A stretch of 64,000 nt of DNA from Actinomycetota bacterium (GTDB lineage: Bacteria > Actinomycetota > Acidimicrobiia > Acidimicrobiales > Ilumatobacteraceae). The DNA lies in NCBI GenBank assembly GCA_016870935.1, contig VGAB01000001.1, positions 10,327-74,326 of the forward strand, written 5' to 3'. The notes under the pieces are model-generated. The model saw nothing but the letters and a program-made list of their open reading frames with translations. It had not been told where the DNA came from and did not search any database. Below are positions 9,590 through 20,063 of the stretch, one piece after another (the stretch's first letter is position 1; every line of letters starts with the position of its first letter). A program made the translations under genes and the position numbers.

Positions 9590-10609
9590 TTAAAACAGTT
9601 CGGGTTGACCCTCGGGCGGATTCTGACCCAGATGGCGCCAAGCCGATGGCATCGCCACCCTGCCTCTCGGGGTTCTGGCGAGCAACCCCTGCTGAATCAA
9701 GAAAGGCTCGTAGACGTCTTCGATCGTCTCGGTTTGCTCGCTGACCGAAATTGCCAAGGTCGACAAACCGACTGGACCGCCACCGAACTGCATGCACAGC
9801 GCAGACAAGATCGCCCGATCTAGTTTGTCGAGACCCAATTCGTCGACCCCGAACACCTCGAGCGCTTGCCGTGCGCTGGATTTGGTCACCTTGCCGTCAC
9901 CCCGCACTTCGGCGTGGTCGCGCACGCGTCGCAACAGCCGGTTGGCGATGCGCGGCGTGCCGCGCGACCTGCGCGCGATTTCGTGGGCTCCGTCTGAATC
10001 GATGGTGACCTTCAAGATTTTTGCCGTGCGCAAAACAATTTTTTCAAGTTCGTCGACCTCGTAGAAGTCGAGTCTGGCGACAAGACCGAAACGATCGCGC
10101 AACGGGCCGGTGATCATGCCGGTGCGCGTGGTCGCGCCGATCAACGTGAACCTGGGCAGGGTCAGGCGAATCGAGGATGCCGAAGGACCTTTGCCGACGA
10201 CGATGTCGATCTGAAAATCTTCCATCGCGGGATACAAAATTTCTTCGACCTGTCTCGACAACCTGTGGATCTCGTCGATGAACAGGACATCGTTGTTGTC
10301 GAGTTTGGTGAGAATCGCGGCCAGGTCACCGGCGCGCTCGAGTGCCGGCCCGGAAGTGATGTGGATCTTCGCCGCCATCTCGACGGCGACGATGCCCGCC
10401 ATCGTGGTCTTGCCCAGACCGGGCGGACCCGCCAACAAAATATGGTCGGCCGATTGTTCGCGTTTGCGGGCGGCTTCGAGCACGATGCCGAGGTGTTCTT
10501 TGAGCTCGCGCTGACCGACGAACTCGTCGAGCGACCTGGGTCGCAACCCGACATCGTCTAGATCGGCCGGATCTGTTGTGATCGCCGGATCCGTGAACTC
10601 TTCACGCAC
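9590..10609 (-). CDS. ruvB: Holliday junction helicase RuvB
   Basis: 339 aa. [12 protein letters not shown], Walker [10 protein letters not shown], and [10 protein letters not shown]. Confidence 0.95.
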   Translation of the reverse strand: MREEFTDPAITTDPADLDDVGLRPRSLDEFVGQRELKEHLGIVLEAARKREQSADHILLAGPPGLGKTTMAGIVAVEMAAKIHITSGPALERAGDLAAILTKLDNNDVLFIDEIHRLSRQVEEILYPAMEDFQIDIVVGKGPSASSIRLTLPRFTLIGATTRTGMITGPLRDRFGLVARLDFYEVDELEKIVLRTAKILKVTIDSDGAHEIARRSRGTPRIANRLLRRVRDHAEVRGDGKVTKSSARQALEVFGVDELGLDKLDRAILSALCMQFGGGPVGLSTLAISVSEQTETIEDVYEPFLIQQGLLARTPRGRVAMPSAWRHLGQNPPEGQPELF

Positions 10610-11189
10610 GACGGGCCCCCAGCAGATTCAGCGCCTCGCGAAGCATCGCTTCAGGCTCACCACCGACTTTGATTTCACGCAGCACATCACGAATTTCATC
10701 GGCCATGTAACCCAGCCCCGCCAGGGCGTCGCGCACATCGCCGACCGCCGAGGAGCCGCCGACCTTGTTCGCGGTGTCGAGCACGTTGAGTTGCAGGCGG
10801 CTCTTCAATTCGATCAACAAGCGCTCGGCGGTTTTCTTGCCGACCCCCGGCACGAGCGTCAGCGCGGCGATGTCGCCGCTCGCCACGATGTCGATCAAGG
10901 CGCGCGGCGAATGCGTGGCCAAGACCGCCATCGCCATGGTCGGGCCCACCCCGTGGGTCGCGATCAAAACTTCGAAGCACTGCCGCTCGTCGCGATCGGA
11001 GAAACCGAACAGCGACTCGACGTCTTCGCGCACATGATGATGAACATATAAAAACGCCTTGGTCGTCGGCTCGAGTTCGCCGAGAGTCTTCGGCGTCACC
11101 TGCACGAGATAACCCAAGCCGTTCACCTCGAGCAGAACTTTCGAGTCGTTCAGTCGCTCGAGCACGACCCCGCGTAACGAACCGATCAT
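10602..11189 (-). CDS. ruvA: Holliday junction DNA helicase RuvA
   Basis: Start placed at [13 protein letters not shown]. Its ATG overlaps the ruvC stop (ATGA at 11186-11189). HhH motifs ([15 protein letters not shown]). The upstream 71 codons of the track ORF overlap ruvC. Confidence 0.9.
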   Translation of the reverse strand: MIGSLRGVVLERLNDSKVLLEVNGLGYLVQVTPKTLGELEPTTKAFLYVHHHVREDVESLFGFSDRDERQCFEVLIATHGVGPTMAMAVLATHSPRALIDIVASGDIAALTLVPGVGKKTAERLLIELKSRLQLNVLDTANKVGGSSAVGDVRDALAGLGYMADEIRDVLREIKVGGEPEAMLREALNLLGARRA

Positions 11190-11767
11190 GCGATCGCCCT
11201 GCTTGCGCGCGAGAGTTCTTGGGCGGCCAGCCCTTTTGCGCCGTGTGTCGCCATGGCGATCTGCATCGCCAACGGACTCGAGGCGACATGACACAAGGCG
11301 ATCGCCGCCGCATCGGCCGCATCGGCGGGTTTTGGAATCGTGCTCAAACCGAGACGCTGCTTGACCATTTTTTGTACCTGCGATTTGTCGGCCCCGCCCC
11401 AACCTGCGACCGCGAGTTTCACCTGGTTCGGCGAATACTGTGCGACCTCAACCCCGCGTCGGGCGGCTTCGCTCAACACCAGGCCGCTCACCTGACCCAC
11501 GCTCATCGCGGTGCGAACATTGGCCTGGAAGAAAACTTGTTCGATCGCCAAGACTGCTGGCGAATATTGGTCAAACAACGAATCAAACTCATCGGCCACT
11601 TCGGCGAGTCGCTCAGGCGTCGACTTGGTCTTTTCGGTGGTCAGAACCCCGAGGCTGACCAGTTTGATTTCGGTGTTTTGTCGAACCCGCAATACCGCAT
11701 AGCCACATCGGGTCAGACCCGGATCGATACCCAACACCGTCGTCTCGTCAGGCTGTGGGGCGAACAT
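11186..11767 (-). CDS. ruvC: Crossover junction endodeoxyribonuclease RuvC
   Basis: 193 aa. VLGIDPGLTRCGYAV and ADAADAAAIALCH, RuvC catalytic Asp motifs. Confidence 0.9.
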   Translation of the reverse strand: MFAPQPDETTVLGIDPGLTRCGYAVLRVRQNTEIKLVSLGVLTTEKTKSTPERLAEVADEFDSLFDQYSPAVLAIEQVFFQANVRTAMSVGQVSGLVLSEAARRGVEVAQYSPNQVKLAVAGWGGADKSQVQKMVKQRLGLSTIPKPADAADAAAIALCHVASSPLAMQIAMATHGAKGLAAQELSRASRAIA

Positions 11768-11779
11768 ATGTTCATCTTA
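11762..11779 (-). promoter_or_regulatory. Candidate SOS (LexA) box GAAC-ATAT-GTTC overlapping the ruvC ATG, directly downstream of a TAAGAT -10 hexamer (leaderless-type layout)
   Basis: Plus strand 11762-11773 = gaacatatgttc, a perfect GAAC-N4-GTTC palindrome, with a 5' C giving CGAAC. On the minus strand the order is TAAGAT (11774-11779), 6 nt, then ATG (11765-11767). There is no SD upstream. Only 24 nt separate the bcp stop from the ruvC start. Confidence 0.5.
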
Positions 11780-11791
11780 GTCGGGGCTGCT

Positions 11792-12253
11792 TTACGCCTG
11801 GGCGACCGCCTCGATCAATTCGGCCACTGGCCGAAACGTCACGCCGAGCACAGCCCGATGGACGTACTTCACCACGCCCTGCGGGTCGACCACGAAAACG
11901 CTTCGCCGCGGCAGACCCAGCGGCCCGACCGTGCCGTAACTGGCAGCCACCGTTTTTTGGGTGTCGGCCAACAAAGGAAATTTGAACCCTCGGTTGGCGC
12001 TGAAACTCTCGTGGCTCGCCACATCTTGGGCCGAGATGGCCAAAATCTGCGCGTTGACCTTTTCGAACTGTTGAAGCTCGTTGTTGTAAGCGCAAAGTTG
12101 CTTGGTGCAAACGAGCGTCTCGTCACCCGGATAAAAGACCAAAACGACCGTCTTGCCCCTGAACTGCGAAAGGCTGTAAGACTTCGAACCCGTGCCGGGC
12201 AGGGTGAAGTCTGGGGCTATCGAACCGACTTCGACAGAAAAGTTTTCAGACAT
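11792..12253 (-). CDS. bcp: Thiol peroxidase / peroxiredoxin, Bcp-type (AhpC/TSA family)
   Basis: 153 aa. [18 protein letters not shown], a peroxidatic Cys with a resolving Cys 5 residues later. Confidence 0.8.
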   Translation of the reverse strand: MSENFSVEVGSIAPDFTLPGTGSKSYSLSQFRGKTVVLVFYPGDETLVCTKQLCAYNNELQQFEKVNAQILAISAQDVASHESFSANRGFKFPLLADTQKTVAASYGTVGPLGLPRRSVFVVDPQGVVKYVHRAVLGVTFRPVAELIEAVAQA

Positions 12254-12257
12254 TTTT

Positions 12258-13004
12258 CTACCCGACCTCCTGCATCAACGACTCGGCAATATCGAAATTA
12301 GCAAACACATCTTGCACATCGTCGTTGTCATCGAGCTCGCCCATGATCCGCAGGATCGCCTTGGCCTCGGCGGCGTCGGTGACGGCGACCATGTTCGACG
12401 AAAGCATCGTCGTCGACGCCGAGGCGACGGTGACCCCGGCCGACTCGAGCGCCGTCTTGAGGTCAAAAACCTGGCTTGGATCAGTCGTTACTTGCCACAT
12501 TTCGTCATCGGGCGAAACATCTTCTAGACCGTGCTCGAGCCCGACGGTCATCAACAAGTCTTCGCTTGTCGACTTGGGCACCAGCAAAAGCCCTTTGCGC
12601 GAGAACTGCCACGCCACCGAACCTGGCGCCGCCATCGAGCCGCCTTGCTTCGAAAAGATCATCCGCACATCGGCCGCGGTTCGGTTGCGATTGTCGGTCA
12701 GAATCTCGATCAGCATCGCCACCCCGCCCGGTCCGTAGGCCTCGTAGGTCACCGACTCGTAGGATTTGCCGTCTGTTTCGCCGATGCCCCGCTTGATCGC
12801 GCGGTCGATCGCGTCGTTGGTCATCGACGCCGCTTTCGCCTTTGCCACGACCGTGCGCAACGAGGCGTTCGTCGCCGGGTCGCCACCGCCCTCGCGCGCC
12901 GCCACCTCGAGCAGTCGCGAAAGTTTGGCGAAGGTCTTGCCGCGCACTTTGTCGATCGCGGCCTTCTTGTGCTTGATCGTCGCCCATTTTGAGTGACCCG
13001 ACAT
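12258..13004 (-). CDS. yebC: YebC/PmpR family DNA-binding transcriptional regulator
   Basis: 248 aa. [23 protein letters not shown] is the family's N-terminal signature. Confidence 0.9.
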   Translation of the reverse strand: MSGHSKWATIKHKKAAIDKVRGKTFAKLSRLLEVAAREGGGDPATNASLRTVVAKAKAASMTNDAIDRAIKRGIGETDGKSYESVTYEAYGPGGVAMLIEILTDNRNRTAADVRMIFSKQGGSMAAPGSVAWQFSRKGLLLVPKSTSEDLLMTVGLEHGLEDVSPDDEMWQVTTDPSQVFDLKTALESAGVTVASASTTMLSSNMVAVTDAAEAKAILRIMGELDDNDDVQDVFANFDIAESLMQEVG

Positions 13005-13006
13005 GG

Positions 13007-13603
13007 TTAGATCTCCTTCAGGAAAAGTCGATGAATGCGATCGTCGTGAGAAAGTTCGGGGTGAAACGAGGCGACCATCACATTGTTCTGCCTGGCAAGC
13101 ACGGCGTCCTCTTCGAGTTCAGCCAGCACCGTCACGCTCGGGCCGAGTTTCGAGATTCGCGGCGCCCTGATGAAAACTGCGTGGAACGGCGAAGAAAAGG
13201 TTTTCACCTCGATGTCGGCCTCGAAACTGTCGACTTGGCGGCCGTAGGCGTTGCGCTGCACCTCGATGTCGATCGCTTCAAATGAAAGTTGATCGGCTCG
13301 CCCGTCCAAAATTTTTTTCGAAAGAAGAATCATCCCGGCACAGGTGCCAAAAACCGGCATGCCCTCATGCACCGACTTCTTCACCGGTTCGAACAATTCG
13401 GAAGACTCGAGCAATTGCGAGATGGTCGTCGACTCGCCCCCTGGCAAAACCAACGCATCGACTTGACCGAGATCTTGGGGTGTTCGAACTTCACGACAAT
13501 TGACGCCGAGCGTTTCGAAAACCAATTCGTGACTGGCGAAAGCACCCTGCAACGCCAGAACACCGACCGTCTTGGCCGAATTATTTGACGACGACCGCAC
13601 CAC
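13007..13603 (-). CDS. pdxT: Pyridoxal 5'-phosphate synthase glutaminase subunit PdxT
   Basis: 198 aa. GVLALQGAF, LVLPGGESTT, GTCAGMILL and FHPEL. Confidence 0.9.
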   Translation of the reverse strand: MVRSSSNNSAKTVGVLALQGAFASHELVFETLGVNCREVRTPQDLGQVDALVLPGGESTTISQLLESSELFEPVKKSVHEGMPVFGTCAGMILLSKKILDGRADQLSFEAIDIEVQRNAYGRQVDSFEADIEVKTFSSPFHAVFIRAPRISKLGPSVTVLAELEEDAVLARQNNVMVASFHPELSHDDRIHRLFLKEI

Positions 13604-13621
13604 CTGGAGGCCTCGAGTCGT

Positions 13622-14536
13622 TCACCAGCCGCGCTCCGCGTATCGTTGTTCGATTTTGTCCATGCCGATGCCGGTCATCGGCACACCCAAATTGCGACTC
13701 ACTTTGGCGATGATGTCGGCGTCTCGGAAATGCGTCGTCGCCTCGACGATCGCCTTCGCGCGCGGCGCCGGGTCGTCGCTCTTGAAAATTCCCGAACCGA
13801 CAAACACTGCCTGGGCGCCCAATTGCATCGCCAATGCCGCGTCACTGGGTGTGGCGATGCCACCCGCGCAGAACAACGGCACCTGCAACCAGCCAGTTTC
13901 GGCGATCTCTTGCACGAGCGGCAGGGGCGCCTGCAGTTTTTTTGCCCAGTCGAACAACTCGGCCGAGTCCGCCTGCTCGATCTTGCGAATGTCGCCGATT
14001 ATCGAACGTAGGTGGCGCACCGCCTCGACGATGTTTCCGGTGCCGGCCTCGCCTTTCGACCTGATCAGCGCCGCACCTTCGCTGATGCGACGAAGCGCCT
14101 CGCCAAGGTTGGTCGCACCGCAAACGAACGGCACGGTGAATTTGAACTTGTCGATGTGATGCGACTCGTCGGCCGGAGTTAGAACTTCGCTCTCGTCGAT
14201 GAAATCGACGCCGAGAGATTCGAGCACTTGCGCCTCGACGAAATGCCCGATGCGCGCCTTGGCCATCACAGGAATCGAACAGACGGCCTGGATGCCGTTG
14301 ATCATTTCGGGGTCGCTCATGCGAGCCACGCCCCCGTCGCGACGAATATCGGCGGGCACACGCTCGAGCGCCATCACCGCGCAGGCTCCGGCGTCTTCGG
14401 CGATTTTCGCCTGCTCGGGATTGACGACATCCATGATCACGCCGCCCTTGAGCATTTCTGCCAGCCCGCGTTTGACGACCATCGAGCCCGTTGTCGACTT
14501 GCTAGCCCTGTCGGTTTCGCGTTTTGCCATTGTCAA
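13622..14536 (-). CDS. pdxS: Pyridoxal 5'-phosphate synthase lyase subunit PdxS
   Basis: 304 aa. [31 protein letters not shown] and [15 protein letters not shown]. Confidence 0.95.
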   Translation of the reverse strand: MTMAKRETDRASKSTTGSMVVKRGLAEMLKGGVIMDVVNPEQAKIAEDAGACAVMALERVPADIRRDGGVARMSDPEMINGIQAVCSIPVMAKARIGHFVEAQVLESLGVDFIDESEVLTPADESHHIDKFKFTVPFVCGATNLGEALRRISEGAALIRSKGEAGTGNIVEAVRHLRSIIGDIRKIEQADSAELFDWAKKLQAPLPLVQEIAETGWLQVPLFCAGGIATPSDAALAMQLGAQAVFVGSGIFKSDDPAPRAKAIVEATTHFRDADIIAKVSRNLGVPMTGIGMDKIEQRYAERGW

Positions 14537-14596
14537 ACCTCTCGCGTGGACAGCCCCATCGTACCGAACCCGTCGGCGAGTTTTTGAAACGACTCT

Positions 14597-15661
14597 TTAC
14601 GGATAAGCGACGCTCGCGGGGTCGACCCCCGCGGGCACATGCGCCGCCGACTTGGCACGAATCACTTCAACCCAAGTTCGACCCGGCGTCATCTTGATCA
14701 CGGCACCCTTTGTGTCTTTAAACACATATGGCTTGAGCGGGTCGGTTCGCTCCCAAGTGCCCTGCACCAAGACGCCGGCCGTGTAGACCCAAACTTCGCC
14801 GCTGCCGATCGTCTTGGCCACCGGGCTCGAACCCGACTTGCCATAGACCACCGACATGACGATCACATTCGCCGCGTTGATGCGCACATCTTGCATGTCG
14901 ACATGCGACTCGTCGCCTTGCGAACGGACGAACGCCAGATTCTCGGCGCTCCACTCCCACATCACGTCGACACCATCCATCGAGATTTTTACGGCGCCCG
15001 CCGGTTTGGCATCGCTGGGCGTCGTCTCGGTGTCTGCCCGATATTCGAATTGTGGCAGCGGTGGCTGGGCTCCCGCGGGGGCGAGCGTCCACAGTTTTGT
15101 CGTCTCGGCCAAAAGGTTGTGCGGCGCGACACGGCTCGACTCGCGCTTGTAACCACCCGCCTCGTTGGCGGCCGAATGGCTCAAGTCGACCATCGTCGAT
15201 TTGCGGATCGCCGCCGTCACCTTTGAGTTGCCGCCGCTCCAGGCGAACAACGGGCTGTTCAACGAAGCCAACAAGTCGATGTCTTGCAGTCGACCGCTAC
15301 GAACCGGGCCGACCGGATCGCTGCCCTGCGAGTGAAAAACCGCGGCGAAACGCGTGAGTTGTTCGACGTTTTCCTCGAACACGATGTCGGCCTGGTTCAA
15401 ACCCCACTGCGGACGCGATTTCGGGTGGTTGTCGATCTTGACGACCAGCGCGGGGCGACCGATCACCGTCTCGTCGGGGGCCTGCGCGCCGGTCAGGGGT
15501 GCGCGCACGATCGGGATCGTCGTGGTGGTCGTCTCGGCGACCGTCGTCTCGGTGGCTTGAGCGACCGTGGACTCGACGGTCGTATCGGTGGTGCCACCGC
15601 AACTAGCGACAACCAGACCCAACACAGTCGACGCGATGAGACCCGTGCGCAAAGTTCGCAT
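14597..15661 (-). CDS. Secreted lipoprotein, DUF3048 (YerB-like) family
   Basis: 354 aa. Lipobox LVVASC after the signal peptide. PLTG...RPALVVKIDNHP...QWGLNQADIVFEENVE resembles DUF3048 proteins. Confidence 0.65.
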   Translation of the reverse strand: MRTLRTGLIASTVLGLVVASCGGTTDTTVESTVAQATETTVAETTTTTIPIVRAPLTGAQAPDETVIGRPALVVKIDNHPKSRPQWGLNQADIVFEENVEQLTRFAAVFHSQGSDPVGPVRSGRLQDIDLLASLNSPLFAWSGGNSKVTAAIRKSTMVDLSHSAANEAGGYKRESSRVAPHNLLAETTKLWTLAPAGAQPPLPQFEYRADTETTPSDAKPAGAVKISMDGVDVMWEWSAENLAFVRSQGDESHVDMQDVRINAANVIVMSVVYGKSGSSPVAKTIGSGEVWVYTAGVLVQGTWERTDPLKPYVFKDTKGAVIKMTPGRTWVEVIRAKSAAHVPAGVDPASVAYP

Positions 15662-15663
15662 TT

Positions 15664-16569
15664 TTACATCTCCCTTAACAGTGCTATTCGCTCGGAGAGC
15701 GGTGGATGTGTATTGAACAGTTTATGAAATCCGGCGAGTCGACCCGCGTCATTCACCCCCGACAACGGTTGCTCAATCCACATATGGGCGGTAGCCATGC
15801 TGGCCGAGTGCGTCACGGTGCTGTCTTTTTGAAGTTTTTCCAGCGCCGAAATCAAACCCGGCGGGTAGCGCGTCAATTGACAGGCTGAGACATCGGCCAG
15901 AGTTTCGCGACGACGACTGACGCTGGCTTGCATGATGCGCGCGATGATTGGCGCGAGAATCAACAAGACGAAGCCGACCAGTGCCAGCGGATTGCTCGAG
16001 TTGCCGCGATCAGATGATCGACTCACCCGCCCGCCGTTCCACCACATCATGCGTATCGCCAAGTCTGTGAGTATCGCGATCGTGCCGACCAGCGTCACCG
16101 CCATCGTCGAAACCAAAATGTCGTAATTGCGAATGTGCGAGAGTTCGTGGGCGATGACTCCCTCGAGTTCGACCCGGTCCAACAGTTCGAGAAGTCCGCT
16201 GGTGACGGCGATCGCCGCATGTTTGGGATTGCGGCCGGTGGCGAACGCGTTCGGCGCGGGGTCGTCGATCACATACACGCGCGGCTTCGGCAGACCGCCG
16301 GCGATGCACAAACCTTCCACCAAATTATGCAAACGCCGATAGACGACCTCGTCGGCGGGCTTGGCCCGACTGACTCGCAAAGCGATCGAATCCGACTTCC
16401 AATACGAGGTGAACGCCATCAGCGCGGAGAACACCAGGGCGATCGATGTGCCGACGACCGGGTCGCCAAGAAACTGGCCGATCGCCACGCCGGCCAGCAT
16501 GGTGAACAACACGAAACCAAGCAACAGGAAAACCGAGCGCCGTTTGTTCGACGCGATTAGTTCGTACAT
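15664..16569 (-). CDS. htpX: M48 family zinc metalloprotease HtpX
   Basis: 301 aa. N-terminal TMs, HELSHIRNYD (HExxH), and additional TMs. Confidence 0.85.
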   Translation of the reverse strand: MYELIASNKRRSVFLLLGFVLFTMLAGVAIGQFLGDPVVGTSIALVFSALMAFTSYWKSDSIALRVSRAKPADEVVYRRLHNLVEGLCIAGGLPKPRVYVIDDPAPNAFATGRNPKHAAIAVTSGLLELLDRVELEGVIAHELSHIRNYDILVSTMAVTLVGTIAILTDLAIRMMWWNGGRVSRSSDRGNSSNPLALVGFVLLILAPIIARIMQASVSRRRETLADVSACQLTRYPPGLISALEKLQKDSTVTHSASMATAHMWIEQPLSGVNDAGRLAGFHKLFNTHPPLSERIALLREM

Positions 16570-16583
16570 CGTGAGGCGCGAAC

Positions 16584-17135
16584 TTAGAACTGAACTTTGG
16601 GTGCCGACTTTTCGGCGTCGGTGGCCTCGAAGAATTCGCTGTCTTCGAACTTGAAGAGCGAGGCGAAAATCACGCTCGGAAAAGTGTGCACGGCGTTGTT
16701 GTAGGTCAAAACCGCGTCGTTGAAGAACTGGCGGGCATAGGCGATGCGGCTCTCGGTGTTGCTCAACTCTTCTTGCAGGTTGAGGAAACTCGCGTTCGCT
16801 TTCAGATCGGGATACGACTCGGAAAGTGCGAACAGCTGGCGCAACGCACCCGACAAAGCGTTGTCGGCGCCGGCCTGACTTGCGACCGTGCTCGGCGCCG
16901 CCATCGCCAGATTGCGCGCGCTGATCACATCTTGCAGGGTTTTTTGCTCGAAACTTGCGTAGCCCTTCACAGTCTCGACGAGATTGGGTATCAGTTCGAT
17001 GCGACGCTTCAATTGGACATCGATTTGCGACCAGGCATTCTCGACCTGGTTTCGCTTCTGCACCAGGTTGTTATAGGTCACCACGACGAAGATCACCACC
17101 GCAAAAACCAGAACCAAAATTATCCAAGTTGTCAT
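16584..17135 (-). CDS. lemA: LemA family membrane protein
   Basis: 183 aa. N-terminal TM followed by YNNLVQKRNQVENAWSQIDVQLKRR, the LemA signature. Paired with htpX, as is common. Confidence 0.85.
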   Translation of the reverse strand: MTTWIILVLVFAVVIFVVVTYNNLVQKRNQVENAWSQIDVQLKRRIELIPNLVETVKGYASFEQKTLQDVISARNLAMAAPSTVASQAGADNALSGALRQLFALSESYPDLKANASFLNLQEELSNTESRIAYARQFFNDAVLTYNNAVHTFPSVIFASLFKFEDSEFFEATDAEKSAPKVQF

Positions 17136-17175
17136 TTGTCTCCCAAGCTTTCTTTAAAAATATTCTAATGGATGA

Positions 17176-18336
17176 TCACGAGAACTGCGGTTTTCGCAAA
17201 ACTCGATCTGAGAACATTCTCACGATTCGGCTTTTCGGATGATGATCGGGGTCGACGCTCTCGCGCTCCAAAACTTTGTGGTAGATATCGACATAAATTT
17301 CGGCGAGATGCCGCATCGACAGTTCTTTCGCCCGAGCAAGACCGCCGAGACGCAACTGCGACGCCAGTTGTTTGTCGTTGATGATTCGTGTCAGTGCTTC
17401 ACCAAGGGCGACCGCGTCACCCGGCTCGACCAACAGCGCGTTCACCAGATCGGTTGCGACGTTTTTGTAACCGTCGAGAGAACTGGCGACCACGGGTGCG
17501 CCGCTGGCCATCGCCTCGAGCACGACGATGCCAAACGACTCGCTGTGCAACGAAGGCGCGCAAAAAACGGCGCATCGCGCGAGGCGATCTATCTTCTCGG
17601 CATCGGAGATTCGTCCCAGCCAAGAAATGCGAGGATCGTGCGCATACTTGGCCTTGAGAACATCGATCCCCTCCCCGTCCGAGGCGACCCACAACTCGGT
17701 GTCGTCGGCGAGCTTCTCGAAAGCCTCGAGGAGCACCGCCAGACCCTTTCGTGGTTCGAACCTGCCGCAAAAGAAAACGACGTTGCTCGCGCCGCGACCC
17801 GAGTCGTCGCGAAGATACAGGTCGTTCTCGATGCCGTTGAACAAAATTTCGTAGTCTCCGCCCAAATATCTGTGGGCCAACTCTCTGGCTTGGGGCGAAA
17901 CGGCCGTGCGTGCATCGAGAAAATCGGCGATCCAGTTGACGCCTTTGCTCAAGCGGCCGTACCAGGCGATGTCGCCGGCGGCGTGGAAGGTGCCGATCAT
18001 CGGTGCGAGCCGAACCAGTAGCGCCGTCACCGTCGGCCCCGGCGCGATCGGCTCGTGCAAATGCAAAACGTCGAACGATTCGTCGTTGATCGCCCTGATC
18101 GTGCGCAGCGCGGCTGCGGGGTCTGGCGCGAGCGGCACGATAGAACCGTTCGCCGCCGTCGGCAGGCTGTTGCCGAGCGGGGTCACGAACGGCTCGGGCG
18201 GTGGGCCGTCGCACGGGCCGAGAACCCGGGCCTCATGCCCCATTTTTCGCAATTCACGGGCCAGCCCCAACACCTGCACTTGCACCCCGCCCGGAATCGT
18301 CAGACTGTAAGGACAGACGAGACCAATGCGCAACAT
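17176..18336 (-). CDS. pimA: GT4 glycosyltransferase, PimA-like (phosphatidylinositol alpha-mannosyltransferase)
   Basis: Starts MLRIGLVCPYSLTIPGGVQVQV. EX7E-type C-terminus (ESFGIVVLEAMASGAPVV). Follows pgsA and the acyltransferase, as in the M. tuberculosis Rv2612c-Rv2610c operon. An alternative GTG start lies at 18417. Confidence 0.72.
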   Translation of the reverse strand: MLRIGLVCPYSLTIPGGVQVQVLGLARELRKMGHEARVLGPCDGPPPEPFVTPLGNSLPTAANGSIVPLAPDPAAALRTIRAINDESFDVLHLHEPIAPGPTVTALLVRLAPMIGTFHAAGDIAWYGRLSKGVNWIADFLDARTAVSPQARELAHRYLGGDYEILFNGIENDLYLRDDSGRGASNVVFFCGRFEPRKGLAVLLEAFEKLADDTELWVASDGEGIDVLKAKYAHDPRISWLGRISDAEKIDRLARCAVFCAPSLHSESFGIVVLEAMASGAPVVASSLDGYKNVATDLVNALLVEPGDAVALGEALTRIINDKQLASQLRLGGLARAKELSMRHLAEIYVDIYHKVLERESVDPDHHPKSRIVRMFSDRVLRKPQFS

Positions 18337-18495
18337 TTTCTTGCGCACATATTTCGTGCCGACTTGGGCGGGTCTAGGCGTTGCCGACTCTGAACGACTT
18401 CCCGAGATCGACTTCACGACCTACACGGTACGACCATAAACAGATCTGCAACTTAATGGTTTCGCGCCGCGCACTTTCGGCAGTATCAGATGATT

Positions 18496-19368
18496 TCAGA
18501 CAGCAGTTTTGTCGCTCGGCCAATTTGGCTGGAACAAGTGCCATTGTTCGGGCGCCTTCCTGATCAGGCTCTCGATCGCATCCACGAGGTCTTGGGTCAG
18601 CCGCGAGATATCTTCTCGAAGCGAGCCCGCCCGAGTCACGGCGATCGGCGCCATCACCACCGTTCGGTGCTGGTCGAAGCCCGGCGAAAAATAGGTGCCG
18701 AGCGGCAACAATGCCGCCCCTGTGCGCAAAGCGAAGAACGCCGGACCGGCGGGCACAGTCGTGATCTCGCCGAAAAATTTGGTGCTGACTCCGTTGCCTT
18801 GCAGATCTCTGTCGCAGAGCAAAGCCACGATTTCGTTTTTTGCGAGCGCCGCTTGCACTGCGACGCCCGCGTTGTCGTCGAGCGGAATCACCGAGACACC
18901 GTAACTCTTGCGCAATTCGGTGAACAATTTGAACACGGGCTCCGACTCGAGTCTTTCGACAACGGCATGAAGTTGATGCCCCTGGTGAATCAACCATCGC
19001 CCCGACCACTCCCAGCCGCCCAGGTGTGGCAGCGCCAGGATCACGCCCTTGCCATTGAGCAGACCGTTTTCGATGTGTTCGAAGCCCTCGACGACGATGC
19101 CCGATTCGATCTGCCGCTTGTTCAAAAACGGCAACCTGAGGGTCTCGAGGTAATAGCGCGCATAGCTTCGATACGCCCGATTCACCACCCGTCTGAGTTC
19201 TCTGCCCCGCAAATTCGGGTCGACACGGCGCATGTTCGCACCGACGATCTGCCTCTTGGCGCGCAGAAAAAAACAAACCACCGGCACGACGACGGCGTCG
19301 ATGATTTTGAAAACGAAAGTGGGTGCGAGCGCGGCGAGCCGAGAGATTATTCGAAGGCCAAAAATCAC
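18496..19368 (-). CDS. Lauroyl/myristoyl (HtrB/LpxL-type) acyltransferase, PIM acyltransferase-like
   Basis: 290 aa. LALPHLGGWEW motif. Synteny between pgsA and pimA. Confidence 0.7.
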   Translation of the reverse strand: MIFGLRIISRLAALAPTFVFKIIDAVVVPVVCFFLRAKRQIVGANMRRVDPNLRGRELRRVVNRAYRSYARYYLETLRLPFLNKRQIESGIVVEGFEHIENGLLNGKGVILALPHLGGWEWSGRWLIHQGHQLHAVVERLESEPVFKLFTELRKSYGVSVIPLDDNAGVAVQAALAKNEIVALLCDRDLQGNGVSTKFFGEITTVPAGPAFFALRTGAALLPLGTYFSPGFDQHRTVVMAPIAVTRAGSLREDISRLTQDLVDAIESLIRKAPEQWHLFQPNWPSDKTAV

Positions 19369-20054
19369 TGAACTCGACGACGACGCGAGACCCGCAGGCG
19401 ACGATCGTCGCGTCGGGCCCGGCGCGATGCGCGACGCGACTGGCGCAACGCCACCTTGTCGGCTATCGCCGGCGCGACCGCCGCTTGGTTCCAGACCTTG
19501 AAGAACCTCTGAATCGCCGTGATGGTGACCAGAGCGAGCATCAGCACCATCGCCCAGAACAACAGCGCGTCAAACAAAAGACCCACGCACAACAGAATGA
19601 TCCGCTCGGCGCGCTCCATTAGCCCGCCCTTTGCGGTGAGACCCAACGACTCGGCCTTGGCCCGCTGATAAGAAATAAGCGACGACACGGCCATGACGGC
19701 AAACACCAAAATCGACGCATAGGCGCCTCGCTGATAGGCCAAAAACCACGCCACGCCCCCGAGCAAAATCGAGTCGGTGACGCGGTCGATCGTCGAGTCG
19801 AAAAATGCCCCGCGTTGGCTGGTCTGGTTTGACGCCTTGGCCAATGCCCCGTCGAAGAGATCGGGCAGGGCCGCCAAAACGACGAGCAGCAAACCCAGGC
19901 GCAATGCCCCGACACCGATCGCCACGGCGGCGGCGCACGCCACGACGACGCCGACCAGCGTCAGGTGATCGGGCGAGATTCGGGTGCGTCGAAGTTGTTC
20001 GCCGACGGGTCGAACGAATTTTTCGACCTGATGGCGAAACCTGCCGTCGAACAT
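19365..20054 (-). CDS. pgsA: CDP-alcohol phosphatidyltransferase (phosphatidylinositol-phosphate synthase-like)
   Basis: 229 aa. DLFDGALAK...GAFFDSTIDRVTD matches the DG(x)2AR...G(x)3D(x)3D motif. Multi-TM. Confidence 0.8.
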   Translation of the reverse strand: MFDGRFRHQVEKFVRPVGEQLRRTRISPDHLTLVGVVVACAAAVAIGVGALRLGLLLVVLAALPDLFDGALAKASNQTSQRGAFFDSTIDRVTDSILLGGVAWFLAYQRGAYASILVFAVMAVSSLISYQRAKAESLGLTAKGGLMERAERIILLCVGLLFDALLFWAMVLMLALVTITAIQRFFKVWNQAAVAPAIADKVALRQSRRASRRARRDDRRLRVSRRRRVQ

Positions 20055-20063
20055 CTCTCAATC

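Noticed and set aside
17162-17167. TAGAAT hexamer upstream of lemA as a promoter
   Set aside because: It is plausibly positioned, about 26 nt before the ATG, with a GGGAGA SD downstream. However, no -35 or extended -10 supports it, and a single TANNNT match is too common to call.
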